From: Callorhinchus milii
Lineage: Eukaryota
DNA: 64,000 nucleotides
Assembly (NCBI RefSeq): GCF_018977255.1
Contig: NW_024704758.1
Span: 9,052,001-9,116,000 of the forward strand
Reading direction: 5' to 3'
Notes under the pieces: generated by a model
What the model was told of the DNA's origin: nothing
Seen by the model: only the letters and a program-made list of their open reading frames with translations
Databases searched by the model: none
Shown: positions 1-14,434 of the stretch, piece after piece
How the letters are laid out: every line of letters starts with the position of its first letter
Numbering within the stretch: the stretch's first letter is position 1
Program-made: the position numbers and the translations under genes

Positions 1-2884
1 TCATTGCACATTGCAACTCTTCTGGCAGTATAAATGCAGCACTGAGAACACCTCCACACCCTATTGTACCAAACCTGCACAAAGTATGGTTTTAGTTTTC
101 AGTGAAGTGCAAATAGTTTTCAAGTCACTTTTATATTTTATTTTGTACCTTTTATTGACCAAGCTTCAAACTTATCAACAGAACTCTGTTCTTAGTGGAG
201 TCATGTTTTATTTTCGTGATTATGCAGATTGTAAGGTAACGCACAAGGCAATGAAAGCCAACTGTGCTGGATTAATAATAATTGGTTGCATTTGATACAG
301 TGCCCTGTCATGTCAGATGCTACAAAATCGGAAAGTAAAGAGCCAAAACAACAAGCAGAAGCGTTTCTGCTTATTGCAGAGGCTCAAATATTACAATACT
401 TTAAGAGAGCAAATCCAATGGAAAACTTCCCCTTTTAGTAAACTACTACAAAAAGTTAGGATTAACATTAAGCATTTTTGATTTCTATTTCCATCAGTTT
501 GTTGACTGTATTTGCTTGGCGTACACCGGAGTGTTAATAATGACGGGGGGTGGGGCACTGGCTTAGAATGCGTGATTGAGCGTGACAGCATGAGGTGTTT
601 AATGATCATTAATAAACAGGTCCACTGTGTTGATTAATGCTGTCCAGAGAGAGCTCGACAACAACAGCAGCAACAACAACTTGCATTTATATAGCGCTCT
701 TCACTCCGGACGGCGTCTCGGAGCACTTAAGACACCCAGTTGATACTCACCTGGTTTAATTATTGGTTTTTAAACAGGATTCAGTCATTTAACTGTTATT
801 TTTAAATCTTTTCAAAGCTACAGTAGACAAATATTTTCACCTTTAAAATGATCACCAGACCTACACTGACGGTTACAGTGTAAAGGCTTAAACTAAGTTA
901 TTTCGCACCTCGTTAACTCTGCTATTCCACAGAATGTCTGTTCAGACTGTTACTGATCAATTTCAATGAATGAATAAGTGCTACATTTTAATGCTAGAAT
1001 TTGGTCACGTTAGACTGAACAGAGCAACTCACACTTTTTTTTTGCCACATGGATCCAATTAAACTGCTTCGCTAGAAAGACAGACAATATTTGTGAACTG
1101 AGAGAACATAAGGAAGGCAACAGCTCAAGTCTTGCCTGTTTTGACAACTTCTAAATAATTACAACTGATGTATGATGTATATCCATAGCACTGGTAAAAG
1201 GTACTATTTATACTCTTTAAACAAGCCTGCGAGTAGCACTTTTCAGAATGCATCTATCAGCAGACATTGCCCAAACTTGATCATCCATCAACTTCAATCA
1301 ATTCAATGGGGGAGAAAGGGGATTATGATGGACAAGCGAAATTCCACTGTAAATTAATTCCTGCAATGATTTTATTCCCGGCTCCCTTTTTTTGGTTTGC
1401 TGTTTATTTCTGTAACTTTGTTTTTTGCTGCCACATCTACTAAAATCAGCTTGAGTACAAATACTTGTAATGGATTTAGCTTTAAAAATGTATGATAAGA
1501 ACACCCACTGGAATGGTAAGTTATGTGGTCCTTTCAAGAACTGAAGATGTGTGCCCACAGCACAGCTTTTCAAGTCCTGGGAGACAAAAGGAGCATTGAA
1601 AGGCGTAACTTCTGAAAGATGATATCTTTGTGTTCCTTTTTTTAAGAAAAACAAAAAGAACTTGTCTACTTACAAATACCGGATAAGGATGAAATGAAAA
1701 AAAGAGTTGGCAGACTACTGCCGGGAATTGTGTCAAACTAATGATTTTACACTTGTGAGTTTGCCAACTCTAAACTGTCCTGTTTTTACAATGAAGTAAG
1801 TGGCTGCAGTCATTTAGTGACCATTCAATGTGAGCGCTGGGGGATCTGAGGCTTGTGTTGGTGAGCATGCTTTAAGGTTTTGTGTGAAAGTCGATCAGTG
1901 CTGAGCGACGAACAAACTTTTTTCTTTCNTTTTTTTTTGGCTTTCTTTAACTCGTTTCTTTTCAGTTTTTCAGCAATGGCGTTCCACTTATTAGCTTCGG
2001 CGTTTCACGTACAGGTTCTGAATTAGCTGTCTGTGTATACTTTGGACTTGATCCCATGCTACCCTGATTTCCTGTCTGGCCTTGGTTGCTGTGGTAACAA
2101 CGGGGATTGCATCTGAATGAAAGATTTCTTGCCTGGTGCCATATGTGGCTTTCTACCAGTAACTCACACTATTTATGACTTAAATGTGACATAATCTTGT
2201 ATTTCCATCTAATAAAGCTATGCTCTTCACATTTTACACTACAAGCTGCACAAAATTACATTGGAAGTTGGCAACAAGGCTATGTTTTGGTGAATCAGGT
2301 TAAATTCTTTTTAAGCCCAGCTAAACCGTTCTGACAGTTCCCAACATGAATTGTTTTTTTTGAAAGGCTGCTTCCCTGGAAAGCGTTTGATTTTTAAAGA
2401 TACCTATCACAAATGATGGCTTGTTTCACAAATATTTAGGAGAAATTTGCACAAAAGGGGCAAATTGCTCAAGGTAACATCTTTTTTGGTAAAGAAAACT
2501 CCTCTCTCTTGGGCTGAAAATGTAACACCAGAGACAAACTGTGCATTTTCTCTGAATAAAGTGTTCAGGACCAGCAACGTAATGACATTGAAGAAAAGGT
2601 GACTGTACAGGATATCCACTTATACCCAGTAACTAAAAGGCAGCAGTGCTCACTCACTGTTCACTATCAACATATTGGTTTCAATTTTACTACAGTAAAA
2701 GCTTATGACTGCTTTCCAAAATAGTAACCTTTCCAGGCAGGAATTCCAAGAAATGTTTTCAGTAATGCAAGGTTAAAAAAAAACAGTTGGCTGGGAGACA
2801 CAGCGAGAGAGAGAGACAGACAGAACGAAAACTTTACCAGAGACTTGGATGATGTTGTCTGTCCCGAGGAGCTCCCTGAAACTT

Positions 2885-3028
2885 TGCCGTGTGCAATTGG
2901 CTACCGAGTTTCGCCCACAAAATATACAGTCAATTCAGTATATTTAGAGTATATTCTGTGAAGCGCTTTGAGACATCTTGAAGATGCTATAAGATGCTAT
3001 ATTAAATGCAAGGATTATTATTATTATT
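2885..3028 (+). mobile_element. SINE 3' fragment
   Basis: gtgcaattggc...gtgaagcgctttgagac...aaatgcaaggattattatt. Confidence 0.75.
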
Positions 3029-4028
3029 AAATACATTTGCTTCACATCAAAATTTGCGTGGTGATTGGGAGGTGGAATTCAAGGGTATGGAGGTTCCATA
3101 AAATAGACTGATTTTTTAATTCAGTACATTGCTAGTAACTCCGCACATTATATTATGAGGCATTGCAGCAAATCGGCACACTTTCTGCCTGGATTGCTAG
3201 GATTTATGAGGCAGCAATCGGTTGTAGAATGTCATCAACATAGAAACTGTCCAAAAAAAGCATAAATGATAACCCAGCCACTAAATCGGTGATAGCCCAA
3301 TGTATCATTGTAGTACACCCGAGGTTATATTAATGGGTAGTGACACACTATACTGAGAGGAACCTGGTATCAATCCTACGAACGATGGTTCACTGGAACT
3401 ACTCCATTTATCTTTCATACACATCTATCGTCCTTTAATGCTTTTGTTCATGCAAGGAATTCAGGTGCAAGCTCGGGCATTGTAATAGAGGTTGAAAAGA
3501 TAACTGACTTGCCCTCGACAGAGATTCGGCGATAAAATGCGCTCTCTAATATGTTCTTATCTCACTCACCAGTGCACAAGTGTGAACATGTCCATTTACC
3601 ACAACAGCCTCTTCCAGTATCTTTGAATTTGGGCAGTTTGAGAAGCTGTGCAAGGGCGGTAGGAAGTGGGTTAAAACCAGGTTAAGAATAAATTTGTTTC
3701 CCCTAGGACCCAAAGAGCAGGCACATTGCCATTGTGTGCTGAACTATTGTACTGCCATATATCACTTCAACATGAGCGATGTGTGTGGTTTATTTTCATT
3801 CTCTTTGACTGCTCAGCTTGGTTATCTCTGTTGCATTCAAATTCCTGCAGGATTTAAAAAAATAGTTCCTACATTACACTACAAAGAATAATAAATACGT
3901 CAAAATGTGTTTTGAAGCAACGGACATTCTGGTTTTCAATCCATGAAGCACTTTCACCTTCTGACCCTGAAGAAGCCTTTGTACGTAGTGTTGCTTTGTG
4001 CCCCACTCCTAGCTACCCAGTATTTAAT

Positions 4029-4362
4029 ATAATAATCCTTGCATTTGATATAGCGTCTTATAACTGTAAAGTGAATTGACGGTATATTTTGTGGGCGAAA
4101 CGCAGCAACCAATTGCACACATCAGTGTCTCACAAACAGTCTTGGATTGAGTGATCAAATTATTATTTTACTTCTTTATTTTGAAGGGATTATTACCCAA
4201 GGCGATCTGTCAATCGACTAACAACCAGATTCCTACTTACTGCTACGTAAACAGAGGTGTATGGAGTAAGGAAACTTGCCTCAGGTTTCACCTTGCCCGG
4301 GAATCGAACTCGGATCCTCTCACTTGTGAAGTGAGCGCTCTAACCAATATGCTACAGGACTC
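4029..4362 (-). mobile_element. Related SINE subfamily copy (tRNA head with CAC in the anticodon position)
   Basis: Same tail and core; head gagtcctgtagcatattggttagagcgctcacttcacaagtgagaggatccgagttcgattccc. Confidence 0.8.
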
Positions 4363-6544
4363 GAAAATGCGTTGGAAAAAAGAGAAAAACGTTTAAGGAA
4401 AGTGAAATGGCTAAGCCACTTGGTACCATACTGACAGCATCTGTTATCAATGCAAACTTGTCCTAACAAAACTTAATTCCAAGGCCAGAAGTGACCTATG
4501 TTCCCATTCTGCCCAGTTACACGGTTGATGTGTGTTTAGGTGCTGAGCTCTGTTTGTAGTTTTCCTTGATGGCTGCAGATTCGCTTCCTGCTGCAAATTT
4601 TGATCTAAGGAATAATTTGTTGCCGCACAAACATGAAAAGGCTCCCAAATGGAAATAAACAAAAAATATGACATGTTAAAGAAAGCTATAAATAACAGCC
4701 GACTTCAAAGAAAGTTTCTGCTCTGAAATCCCAGCAGCCTTTGGCTAATAATTCAAAAATGGTTATTATTAAATCTTGATGACAACAACATGTCTGTTAT
4801 CTCTCAAAGTGATATTATCACCATAGAGATGAGCAGGACAGCATTTCACTGGGGTTGTGATGTGATGACATTGGGCTCCTGATCGTGTCTGTGCTTGAGA
4901 ACTGAATCTTCCTCAAAGTAAAATTAACATGAATTCCTCATTGCGAAGGATTGCAGGCCTCTAGGCATTGTTTGCTCTGCTCCAGCAGTTCATTTGGTCG
5001 CTTTCAAGTACCAAACCCACCTAGAAAATCTCTAACAGGGAGAGGATGATGGTCTTCATCAAGGTCACAAGGTTTGTTTTTATCAGCGATTAATCGTATT
5101 AATAGAAATTCTAATGTTCTGACCTCACTGGCTGGGTGGAATTCTTAGTTATTAACAAGCTAAACATTCCACGTGATGGATCCAAGTCCTTTTGACACCT
5201 TGCAGGAAACTATCTATTTAGATAGAAATCAGCTGAGGGTTGTGCACTGTCAGAAGTACAGTAATGTGTTTGGGGTTCAACTCGGGTTGGCTGCTATCTA
5301 CCACTGGTTTGCACTGACTCGGGTGGGGCTAAGGTGTGATGAGGGTGCTGCATTGGTGCATGAAGTGAGGACTTTCTTATGCTATCATTCGGCCTAATGA
5401 TAGGTGAAGCTCTTCATTGGCTGTCTGTGAGTACTTTATGCTGTCGCAAAGTGCAAATGTGTGTGGGGGCGGGGGAGAAAGAGATCTTCCCAATACTGAC
5501 ATTCCCAGGACCCCAACTGCTGAAGACACAAACATGATCCAAAATCTATAATACGTGTTGCAGGACAAACAACTGTCACCATCATTACCAACCCACCATG
5601 GCTTGGCATGGCTCAGTTACCTTATGAGGTTCGCAGTAAGAACATAGGAAAACTTGGATTAAGAGAAATCCATGAATCCTGGTCCTCCCACAGCTCAGAC
5701 ATGGTCCCCTTAATCATTGTCTTCCCATTTCTCTCCTAAATTCAAGATGCCTAGAGGGTAGCCAAGCCATCCGTAAGATTTATTCTAACTAAAATCAGAC
5801 TGGGAATCGAACAAAGAAAAACAAATGCGTAAGTATACAATAATCATGTAATGGTTTAATTGGGGATTCTAATCCGTTTTTATGTAAATGCTTAATGCCA
5901 TGGAATTTTTCTCCGCAGTGAATCACAAAATGCTATTTAATGCCATTAGGGAATACTTCATCACATCAGCTAGACATCACAAAGGCATGAAACATTAAAC
6001 TTCAGGGCACTGTCTGATTCGCTGGGCAATTATTTCTCAAAATACTTTGGTTTAAAAACCATTCAAATGAAAACTAGTTAATTGGCATTCTCAATTCAAA
6101 TTATTTTCCAAAGGAACTGCTGTGCTAGTTTACTGTAAAAAATTTTTTGCGGTGGATTCATGTTTTTAGTTTGCTGACAAATGTGGCTGATAAACGGGGT
6201 TTGTGGTGAGGTTTAACATAGGGTCATCATGTGTTTGGATGTGAGTCTGACCATTTGTTTGTGATGCTGGTTAACTGTTAAACTGTGGGAGAGCAGCCAC
6301 ATATTCCCCGTTGAATATGATGACCGCATCTGGGAAAACAATGCCTGCAATTCCTTTACCAATGGTCATTCCTACAAAAACGCATTCCGTGTCTGCAAAA
6401 GAAAAGTTGTATCATCACAGAGCACGCACAGAGCACTCCTCGATGAATTCTAAGATAATTAATGTAACTAAACATCAGTTGTTGAGTCAAATGACACGAG
6501 AAGAAAATGTCAAATATTTTGTTAAGGGGGACTCCCAAAGTAAT

Positions 6545-6720
6545 ATTAATAATCCTTACATTTGATATAGTGCCTTATCACGTCTTCAAGATGTCTTAAA
6601 GCGCCTTCAGAGAATATACTGTAAAGTGAATCGACTGTATATTTTGTGGGCGAAACGCAGCAGCCAATTGCGCACAGCAGCGTCCCACAACAGTCATGGA
6701 TTGAGTGACCAAATTATTAT
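6545..6720 (-). mobile_element. SINE 3' fragment (similar ones at ~8540-8636, 9330-9476, 24440-24625, 31447-31545, 35714-35823)
   Basis: Shared core and tail with the 14435 family. Confidence 0.78.
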
Positions 6721-9700
6721 TAGGTAGGGTTTGGGGAATGGAGAGGTAACCTATCCCTCCCATCTTAATAATCTGAAGCTTTGTGAACCCTGCAATGACT
6801 GGCAAATGGACTTTAACAGTCTCTTCCAGTCAGTCCTGTGTGTCCCAAGGAGAGGAACGTTTTCACAAATAGCTTTGCAGTAGGTTTTGTTTTCTTTCAT
6901 GTTGTTAGAATAATGTCCTTAAAGAGTAAATGTGCAACAACAAAAAAGGGAAAGTCTGATGATATAGGGGAAAAAAGAAACTGAAGCATTGGGTACAACA
7001 CAGCACTGCACCTTGGCAAGATATGTAACAAGAATATAATGGTATATTTTTTTGGCTGGTTTTGGTTCTTTCTTGAGAAAATCAGCTTGGCGTCAGTTAA
7101 TCACCATAATAACAACATAATAACAACATTTCAACTGAGTCAGAGGCTCAGCCCCACCACATACCTTGCCAAAAGAAAATAAACATTTAATTTTTTTTAA
7201 ATGTTGCACAAAACAAAATCCATTATCAATGGGCTAGTGAAATTTTACACGCCAAAATTTGCAGGATTTTGTTTCAGGAAATTATATTTTTGTAAATGCT
7301 ATCCAGAAAAACACTGATAATACAATTTTGTTTGTTTCTATATGTCTTTGGTGTTCAAGCCAAGTTGGCTAAAGAATCCGTTGAGAGGAAAACAGCAGAG
7401 CACATAAATGTCCTTTTTAAATTCCTGTCTTTAGTTTTGGTGCCTAAAGGAATGCTGATTTCCAGCCAGTTTGAGAATAAAACGAAAACGGTGAATGAGG
7501 TTGAGAGTTTTATTGGCCATTGGAAGGCAGAGTAAAACAATTAGCTTAAGCACAATGAGTATGAAGTATAAAAAGAGATAAGAGTCTCTCTTACTCCTAA
7601 TTACAGTGTACCAGGTAGAGCTGAGGGAATTCACAGAATTAGCACAGATGACGCTTGCAAAATGGCTATCTAACACAAGTGTTAAGTGTATTCCCCATGC
7701 TTAAGTGTATTCAAACCAGACTGAGCATTCCACACGTGCCTTGCCACCTCCACGCAGAAAATTCCCTGCATTTGGAATGGTGTACACAGTGTCTCTCTGG
7801 CGGGATGACCGAGATTAAGAGATGGATAGAAACCTTTGAGATAAGCGACTCAGTGAATCGGGATTAATAAAGACCGGGTTGAGTAAGAAAAGCGTACCAA
7901 AAGCTTCCTTGAAAGAAATGGGAGTATGAATACAGATGCAGGAGTCAAACTGCCTGTTATGATTTGTTAGTTTTTGAGATGCAAAAATATTCCACTGTAT
8001 TCTTGTTACTTATCTTGCCAAGATGCAGAGCTGTGTTGTACTACGGACTATACAGTGCTTCTGTTTCCTTTTTCTCTTTATGATAGGACTTTTCCTTTGT
8101 TGTTTTTGGAGGGGGAAAGAAGACAGGGAATTGAGATTATAGTACATCACCAAGTGTGGTATCTGCCGCCAGGAGAGTTTTGATGGGTAAATGCCCTCTC
8201 CTGTTAATCCTATCATTTTATGATCACTTGTTGCCTAGAATAGAGTAACAAGCATTGCAAAAACATTCTTATGGTCAGAAATGCAGATTTTTTCCTCATT
8301 CTGAAGGCACTTTAAATTTGTGTTTCATGTCAAATATTCAGTGGCTGTTACAAACTTGTCAAAATTCCAATAAATAAATTCCAACAATAAACACTCCTCT
8401 AATAATGAACACTACCAATTACAGCCCTCACTCGATCTTTGTGTATTACATGGACCAAAGTTGGGGAGATAAGAAAATCTAAGTACTGTAATTTGCTTTG
8501 CTTTGAAAACACAAATGTGCTCCAGAAAAGAGAACTGATTGACTGTATTTTTGCCCCAAAATATATTTCTGTGAAGCAATTTGAGACTTCTCAACGACGT
8601 AATAAGTCGCTATATCAAATGCAAGGATTATTATTAACAGCGGATAAGATAATAGTGGAGGCAACATGACTTTATGACGACGATAATAATCCACATCCAC
8701 TTAGTAACCATATTTTTTAAAAAACTTGACTTTCCGCCATAATCATGTCAGGAAGCAAATAGCAGATATGACAGGGAAACGGTGTCATGCATGACTTTCT
8801 AATAGCTGTTGGGAATGTGAAGAAAGGCAGGAGAAAGGAACCCATAACTCTGCTGCGATAGGATCAGTACATCAAACCCAGATCGTATCAGTTCGCCTAA
8901 CAGCAGCACAAAAGAACAATCTCCGCCAGCTCTCACCACACTCCTTTCCAACCCTCTGAAGCAAGTTTTCCTTCTGGAAACTAGGCTAGACTTAACCCTT
9001 TTAATAACCGATTGAAGCTATTTAGCTTTTGCTATCCAGAGGTAGAGTAAAACCTATTTAGTTGCAAAAAATAAACTGGAGCAAGGTGTTACAGTGTTTA
9101 GACCAGGAGGTTATTGTCATTTCTGCAACACTTCGAATTGACCTAATTGTAACAACAATGTTGTAAACATGTAATTGTCACAAAGTTGTTTATTTAACGT
9201 AACTGTAACAAATCGGTAAATGTGAGGTAATTTGTAAATAAACTATAATTGGAGAAAAATGAGAACAGGAATCTGCACAAAGTAAAACTTTGTTCCTAGT
9301 GTGAAATAAAGAACAGTGTAATTATAACAACAATCCTTGCATTTAATATAGCGCCTTATCAAGTCTTCGAGACATCTCAAAACGCTTCACAGAATATATT
9401 GTGAAGTGAATTGACTGTATATTTTGTGGCTGAAACACGGCAGTCTATAGCGCACAGCAGTGTCCCACACACAGTCTTAATTGGAACAAATCTGCTCATA
9501 GTTTAGGCTTTTGGATAACTACCAACTGATCATTCATCTGATTAACATTGTATAGGTGCCCGGCAAGTTTGCTTATAGAGTTTGTTGGTTAACAGGTTTG
9601 ATCTCCGGTCTCTGAGTTAGCTGATCTCAAACATGGTGGCCAGCTCCACAATTAGCGTCAGTGCTGCTGGGCTAGAAAGGGAAAAGCCAGAGTTCGCAAT

Positions 9701-12700
9701 CCCGACTCCCTGCTGAAAGGCTATGTGGATGTTGGTGAGGACAAAATCATGCTTAGCTGTGATTATAACCCCACAATTTACAGACATGAAAATTGCAGCT
9801 GTAAAACACAAGAACAACTGCCATAGCAGAACCTTGAATGAACAACCGCTGTGATACACTTGGATGGTGTACCTTTTCCATGATCTACTTATCAATTTCA
9901 TGGCAGCTTAACGTGACACGTTAATAGCTCGACTGCCTCGTGGTTGTTCAGGAATTCAATTTTCTCTGTGTATTGGCAGATTTTAAAGAGGCCACCTTTT
10001 TACAAAAGTGATTTTATAACTTTTCTTCATTTGTAAGAGATGTAGGCATCAGCCCAGCAAATCACTTTCAGTGACAGTGCAGTTCATACTCTTGCACAGC
10101 TATTGAGCCATGGTATTGAGGCTTCAGGCAATTACAAGCCCAGAAATCTGAGTGACGTGTACAACATCGACAACAACTTGCATTTATATAACGCTCTTCA
10201 TGCAGGATAGGGCCTCAGAGTAGATGGACCTCAGTGGTAATAAGTAAACACAGCGCACGTTACTTAACTCAACGATCATTCAAAATTGTTTCTGGGGTGA
10301 GACTTAATTTAAAAAAGAGGCTTCCTGTACTTGTGCTATATGTGAAGAGCTCTTTAATTGAAGAGACTATTAACATTCCCTCTAATAACGAACAAACTCA
10401 CGGTGGTTGGAAGTGAAAAGTCCATTAAATAATTTGTTGTAATTGAATTTAAATGACTCAACAAAAAAACTAATTCAAATTGAATGATAAACAGGAACTT
10501 AAACTTAAATAAACATTATTTATTTGTTCGAATATTAATCCTTGTGCGCCCTGTAAGATCCATTAAAAGAGATATGTTTTGACCTCAATACTCACAAGGC
10601 TGACAAGTTTATTACACATTTTTTTAAAAAAAAGATGATTTTATTGTAGTTTGAACAAAAGGTTTGGGTCCTCTGGTTGTAAATGCAGGATTACTCGACG
10701 AGGCAGTTTAGAATGGCCTAACTCAGGGGGTTGTGAATGGCTTTGAATGGTTGCTTGCTTACAAATCCATGCCCAAACCAAAGCGTGCGCCCACATTGAC
10801 TGCTGTCAAACTGCCATGCTTTGCTACCCTGCCAAAGATTCAGAACTATTTGATTCAATGATAGAGATAGTGACCATTTCTACAAAAGTAGGTGAGCTGA
10901 AGGGCTTTCTTCATCCAAACAAACCTCGTGACCTTCCAGAGCGTGATGCAGACCTAACTGTGTCAAATGTATCAGAAGCACAAACTGGTTTGGGCAGAAG
11001 TCTACACTATAACGTAGAGTCGGTTAGCACATGGTTTCTGTAAACGTGTTACCCAATTATATTGCGCAATAACTGGCTAATAGAACTGAGCTGTTTCCTT
11101 TTCTACATGCTTGTACCTCTATTCTCTTACGTAAAAACTTGAAACAAAATAAAGCAGTGGTAGCTTCTTGTTAAAATGCGATTTATTCTAACCAGTGTTT
11201 CCCCCTATCCAGACTGGTGCTGTAAGTAGAACAGTTTAAAGCTCAGCAAAATTAAATTCTGATAAGCAAAACCATTCAGTGAGTCCCCACCAGTTAATAA
11301 TTACCAGAGGTGTAATTTCCCTCTCACCCATCACCTCATTCACAGCCAATTTGTAACTGAATCCACCCAATACCACATTTCATTTAACCCTTTATCCCTC
11401 AAAGCAAGCCCAAAAGAAGTACCGATGCTTGCTTTTAAAACGATGGTTGCAGATGACTGAAACTTCTAGCCAGGAAAGGGTAAACCTACGTAAACGCTCT
11501 GAAACTATCTCATCTGCCCCACGTTTCCTTTGGAACGTTGTTTAAATATTATTGCAGTTATTGGTGTGCTTTTGGTCCCATTCATAAGCAGCGTTTGCAA
11601 CAGAATCGCGAGCTTGTTGACTTTGTATATGTGAAACTACTGTAACATAAATCATTGAAATAAGGAACACAAGTGTCACCTAGTTCCCAAAAGGAAAGAG
11701 ATGATCATTTGAGGACTGAAGCAACATGTCTGCATCACAAAGTAAACATAACAGGCTTCAAGCACTCCCTTTATCAAAAGAACATTTCCTTTGCGTGCTT
11801 ATTAGGATTTATAATAATAAACATGACAATCTTCAGACTATTCTTTGTAAACATGCTATTATGAAACAAAATATGGAATACTTTGAACTTGCAAATATTG
11901 AATACTTTCAAGAGGGTTTTGTTTTCAGTTAACAAGTGCTTTCCCAATTGTCGGTGAAAACTGTAGAGGAGATATTAAATTTTGTAAATGAGGTATTTCA
12001 TGATTCGAAAAACTGAAACCAAAAGAAAACTTGTAACACTCCCTTAATCTCCACCACAAATAAATGGAAATGTTTGACCTTGGAAATGGTTCATTCTTAA
12101 TAAATACAGTGTGCAGTCTAAGCAACTCAGATCTTTAAAAGCAATCCATGACCCAGAGGAGGTCAAACAACTTTGGATCAAATGCCTGTATTGTGATGTT
12201 TCGCCTTATGTTATCATTTTATAAGGAAGAAAATGTTATGGAATGCATTACTTATACTTTACTGCCTTGGTCTTTATAAAGGACATCTGGTCCTTGGAAC
12301 ACTGACACCCAAAGTATAAGGCTTCAATCCCCAAATCCCTTTAGCACTTAAAGTTCTTACTTTGCATGTTGCTGAAGAAACTCAAAGAAAATATTACTGC
12401 AGGGAGATGGCCTTCGTATCAATATAGACTAAGCCACTTAAGCCTTCCACAAGCTTGTTTCTTTAACCATGAGACAAGTCATTTTCTGCTCATCTCTCAG
12501 CAGACTGGTGGTCTTGGAAGAGGGGAGTTTGGCAAACAGCAACACTGGGTTTTATCAGTCGGAATGTCAACAGCTGATAGCAAACAAGTGTTGATAAAAC
12601 AGTTTGGGAAAAGACGGATTCTGCTTCCCCAAATGTGACACAAACACGAGCAGTGTCCTCTTTTGCTCTGGGGACAGCCTCTTTACAACACGGTAACGGT

Positions 12701-13018
12701 GACGAGAATGGATGCATCTGCTCGTTAAGATGTAAATTTGGGGCTTCTTCACTGCCTGATTATTCTTTACAGTAAAATTTGACTTTTTTTTAAAAAAAGA
12801 GACACGCGTGAAGAAATGCGCAACTCAAATGACTCGTCCCACGTAATAAAATGATTTCAAACCTCCAAAGGATTATAATCAAAAATTCTAAATTCTTTTA
12901 AGAGAGTTGTGTTTTCAGTTAACAATTGCTTTCCCGATCGTCAGTGAAAACTGCAAATGAGATATTATAATTATCACAAAAATGGACGAAAGAAGAAGGC
13001 ATGAGATTCTCTCCTTAC

Positions 13019-13311
13019 CATTGGCATTCTTGCCACAGATGAGATGCTCATAAGGCTGCAGTACTCCCCAGAGTTCAGCGTCATTGTTGATGCACATCTC
13101 TAGCGTTTCGCTTGAGAGCTCCAGCCGGCCTTCGTGCACAACTCCTCCTCCATCTGGGTTCTGGCCAGCGGCCACCCTGATCCCAATCTCTTCCAACAGA
13201 CTCTCCAGGCAGGCAGCGAGAGAGATTGCAGCATATTCATGGATGCGAACTGACACCCGAGTGTCTACCATCCATCTGAAGAAACGGCCAACCGAGAAGG
13301 TCAGGCCACAC
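13019..13311 (-). CDS. ABTB2: ABTB2 coding exon 2 (H2A-like histone-fold half); remaining exons lie left of the window
   Basis: Acceptor tttcag|G completes the Arg codon; [31 protein letters not shown]...[25 protein letters not shown]; donor G|GTAAGG. Confidence 0.93.
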
Positions 13312-14434
13312 CTGAAATATTAACAGCAGTTCTGTCACTCACATTGGTTACCAGTGCACACTAATGAACAAAATCAGGTCAACGTAAAGCAGGGATGTTA
13401 CAAGTTCCAGTTGGGAGTTTATATCACCAATCCCGACAGTCCTTTTCTGCCTTTCCTTTGGTTTAGATTGGGCTAATATTGGACACTATTTTAATATCTT
13501 AAGATTGGGATTTAGTGGGATGGTGAGCTCTCACACTTCTGTTCACCACTAGGATTAGATTGGAATCCAGTCTCTTCCGCTCTTTCATGTTAAAGCATAC
13601 TTTCTAAATATTATTGGTTTGGACAGTCTCACCTTAGTTTCCAGTAGGGGCAAGTTCAAGGGAAAAAGGCCTTAGTTTAGCATTGAATCAATGTTCTCAC
13701 TCAAAGCCACAGATAAAACTGGTTTCAGTAAACGGAAAATTCCCACAGGTGCATTAATTGTCACCCTTATTAGTTTGACCACAGCCCAGATTGTTGAAGC
13801 TAACTATAATCTTATTAATAATAATAATACCTTTCACTTGGTTTGGAGCTCGTCCCAAACCACTTCACGGGATATATTGTAAAGTGAAGTGACTGTGTGA
13901 CAATTTGAGTACAGCTTTGCTCCAAAGCTGTGTAATTACTCTGTACTTATGTGTGCCATGAGATTGCTCCATACCATCTCTGGCTCCCTGAGAAACCTGA
14001 AAAACATTTATTCCTCCGCTTGCTGAATGCAAACATTCACAAACCAAAAAGGAAGAAAGGATAATGAATATTGCATCAACATTGGTTGCCCATAAAAAGG
14101 AATAGGATTTGTACGGGTTGCCATTAATAAGAACCACATTCAATTAAGTGGGGGAAGAAATTGTATGAATTAAATTGTATGCAGCTGCTGGCTGTTTGAC
14201 TTTCCACTAGCACTTTTCCAATTGAAACTGAAAGATGAGCGAGCTGGAGGTGGTGGCACATTGCCATCGCTGGCACACTGCACACTGTGGCCCCTGGAAG
14301 GCTAACTGGTCGAGTGAGCATTGATCCTGAATGTCAACAACAACAACAACAATTTACACTTGTATAGTGCCCTTCACGTCAGAAAGATGTCCCAGGGCGC
14401 TGGACAATCAGAAGTTTTGGACCTAAGCTGGGAG

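Noticed and set aside
1-12900. Further ABTB2 exons (ankyrin/BTB) or a nested gene
   Set aside because: No recognisable homology in any listed ORF; appears to be one long intron
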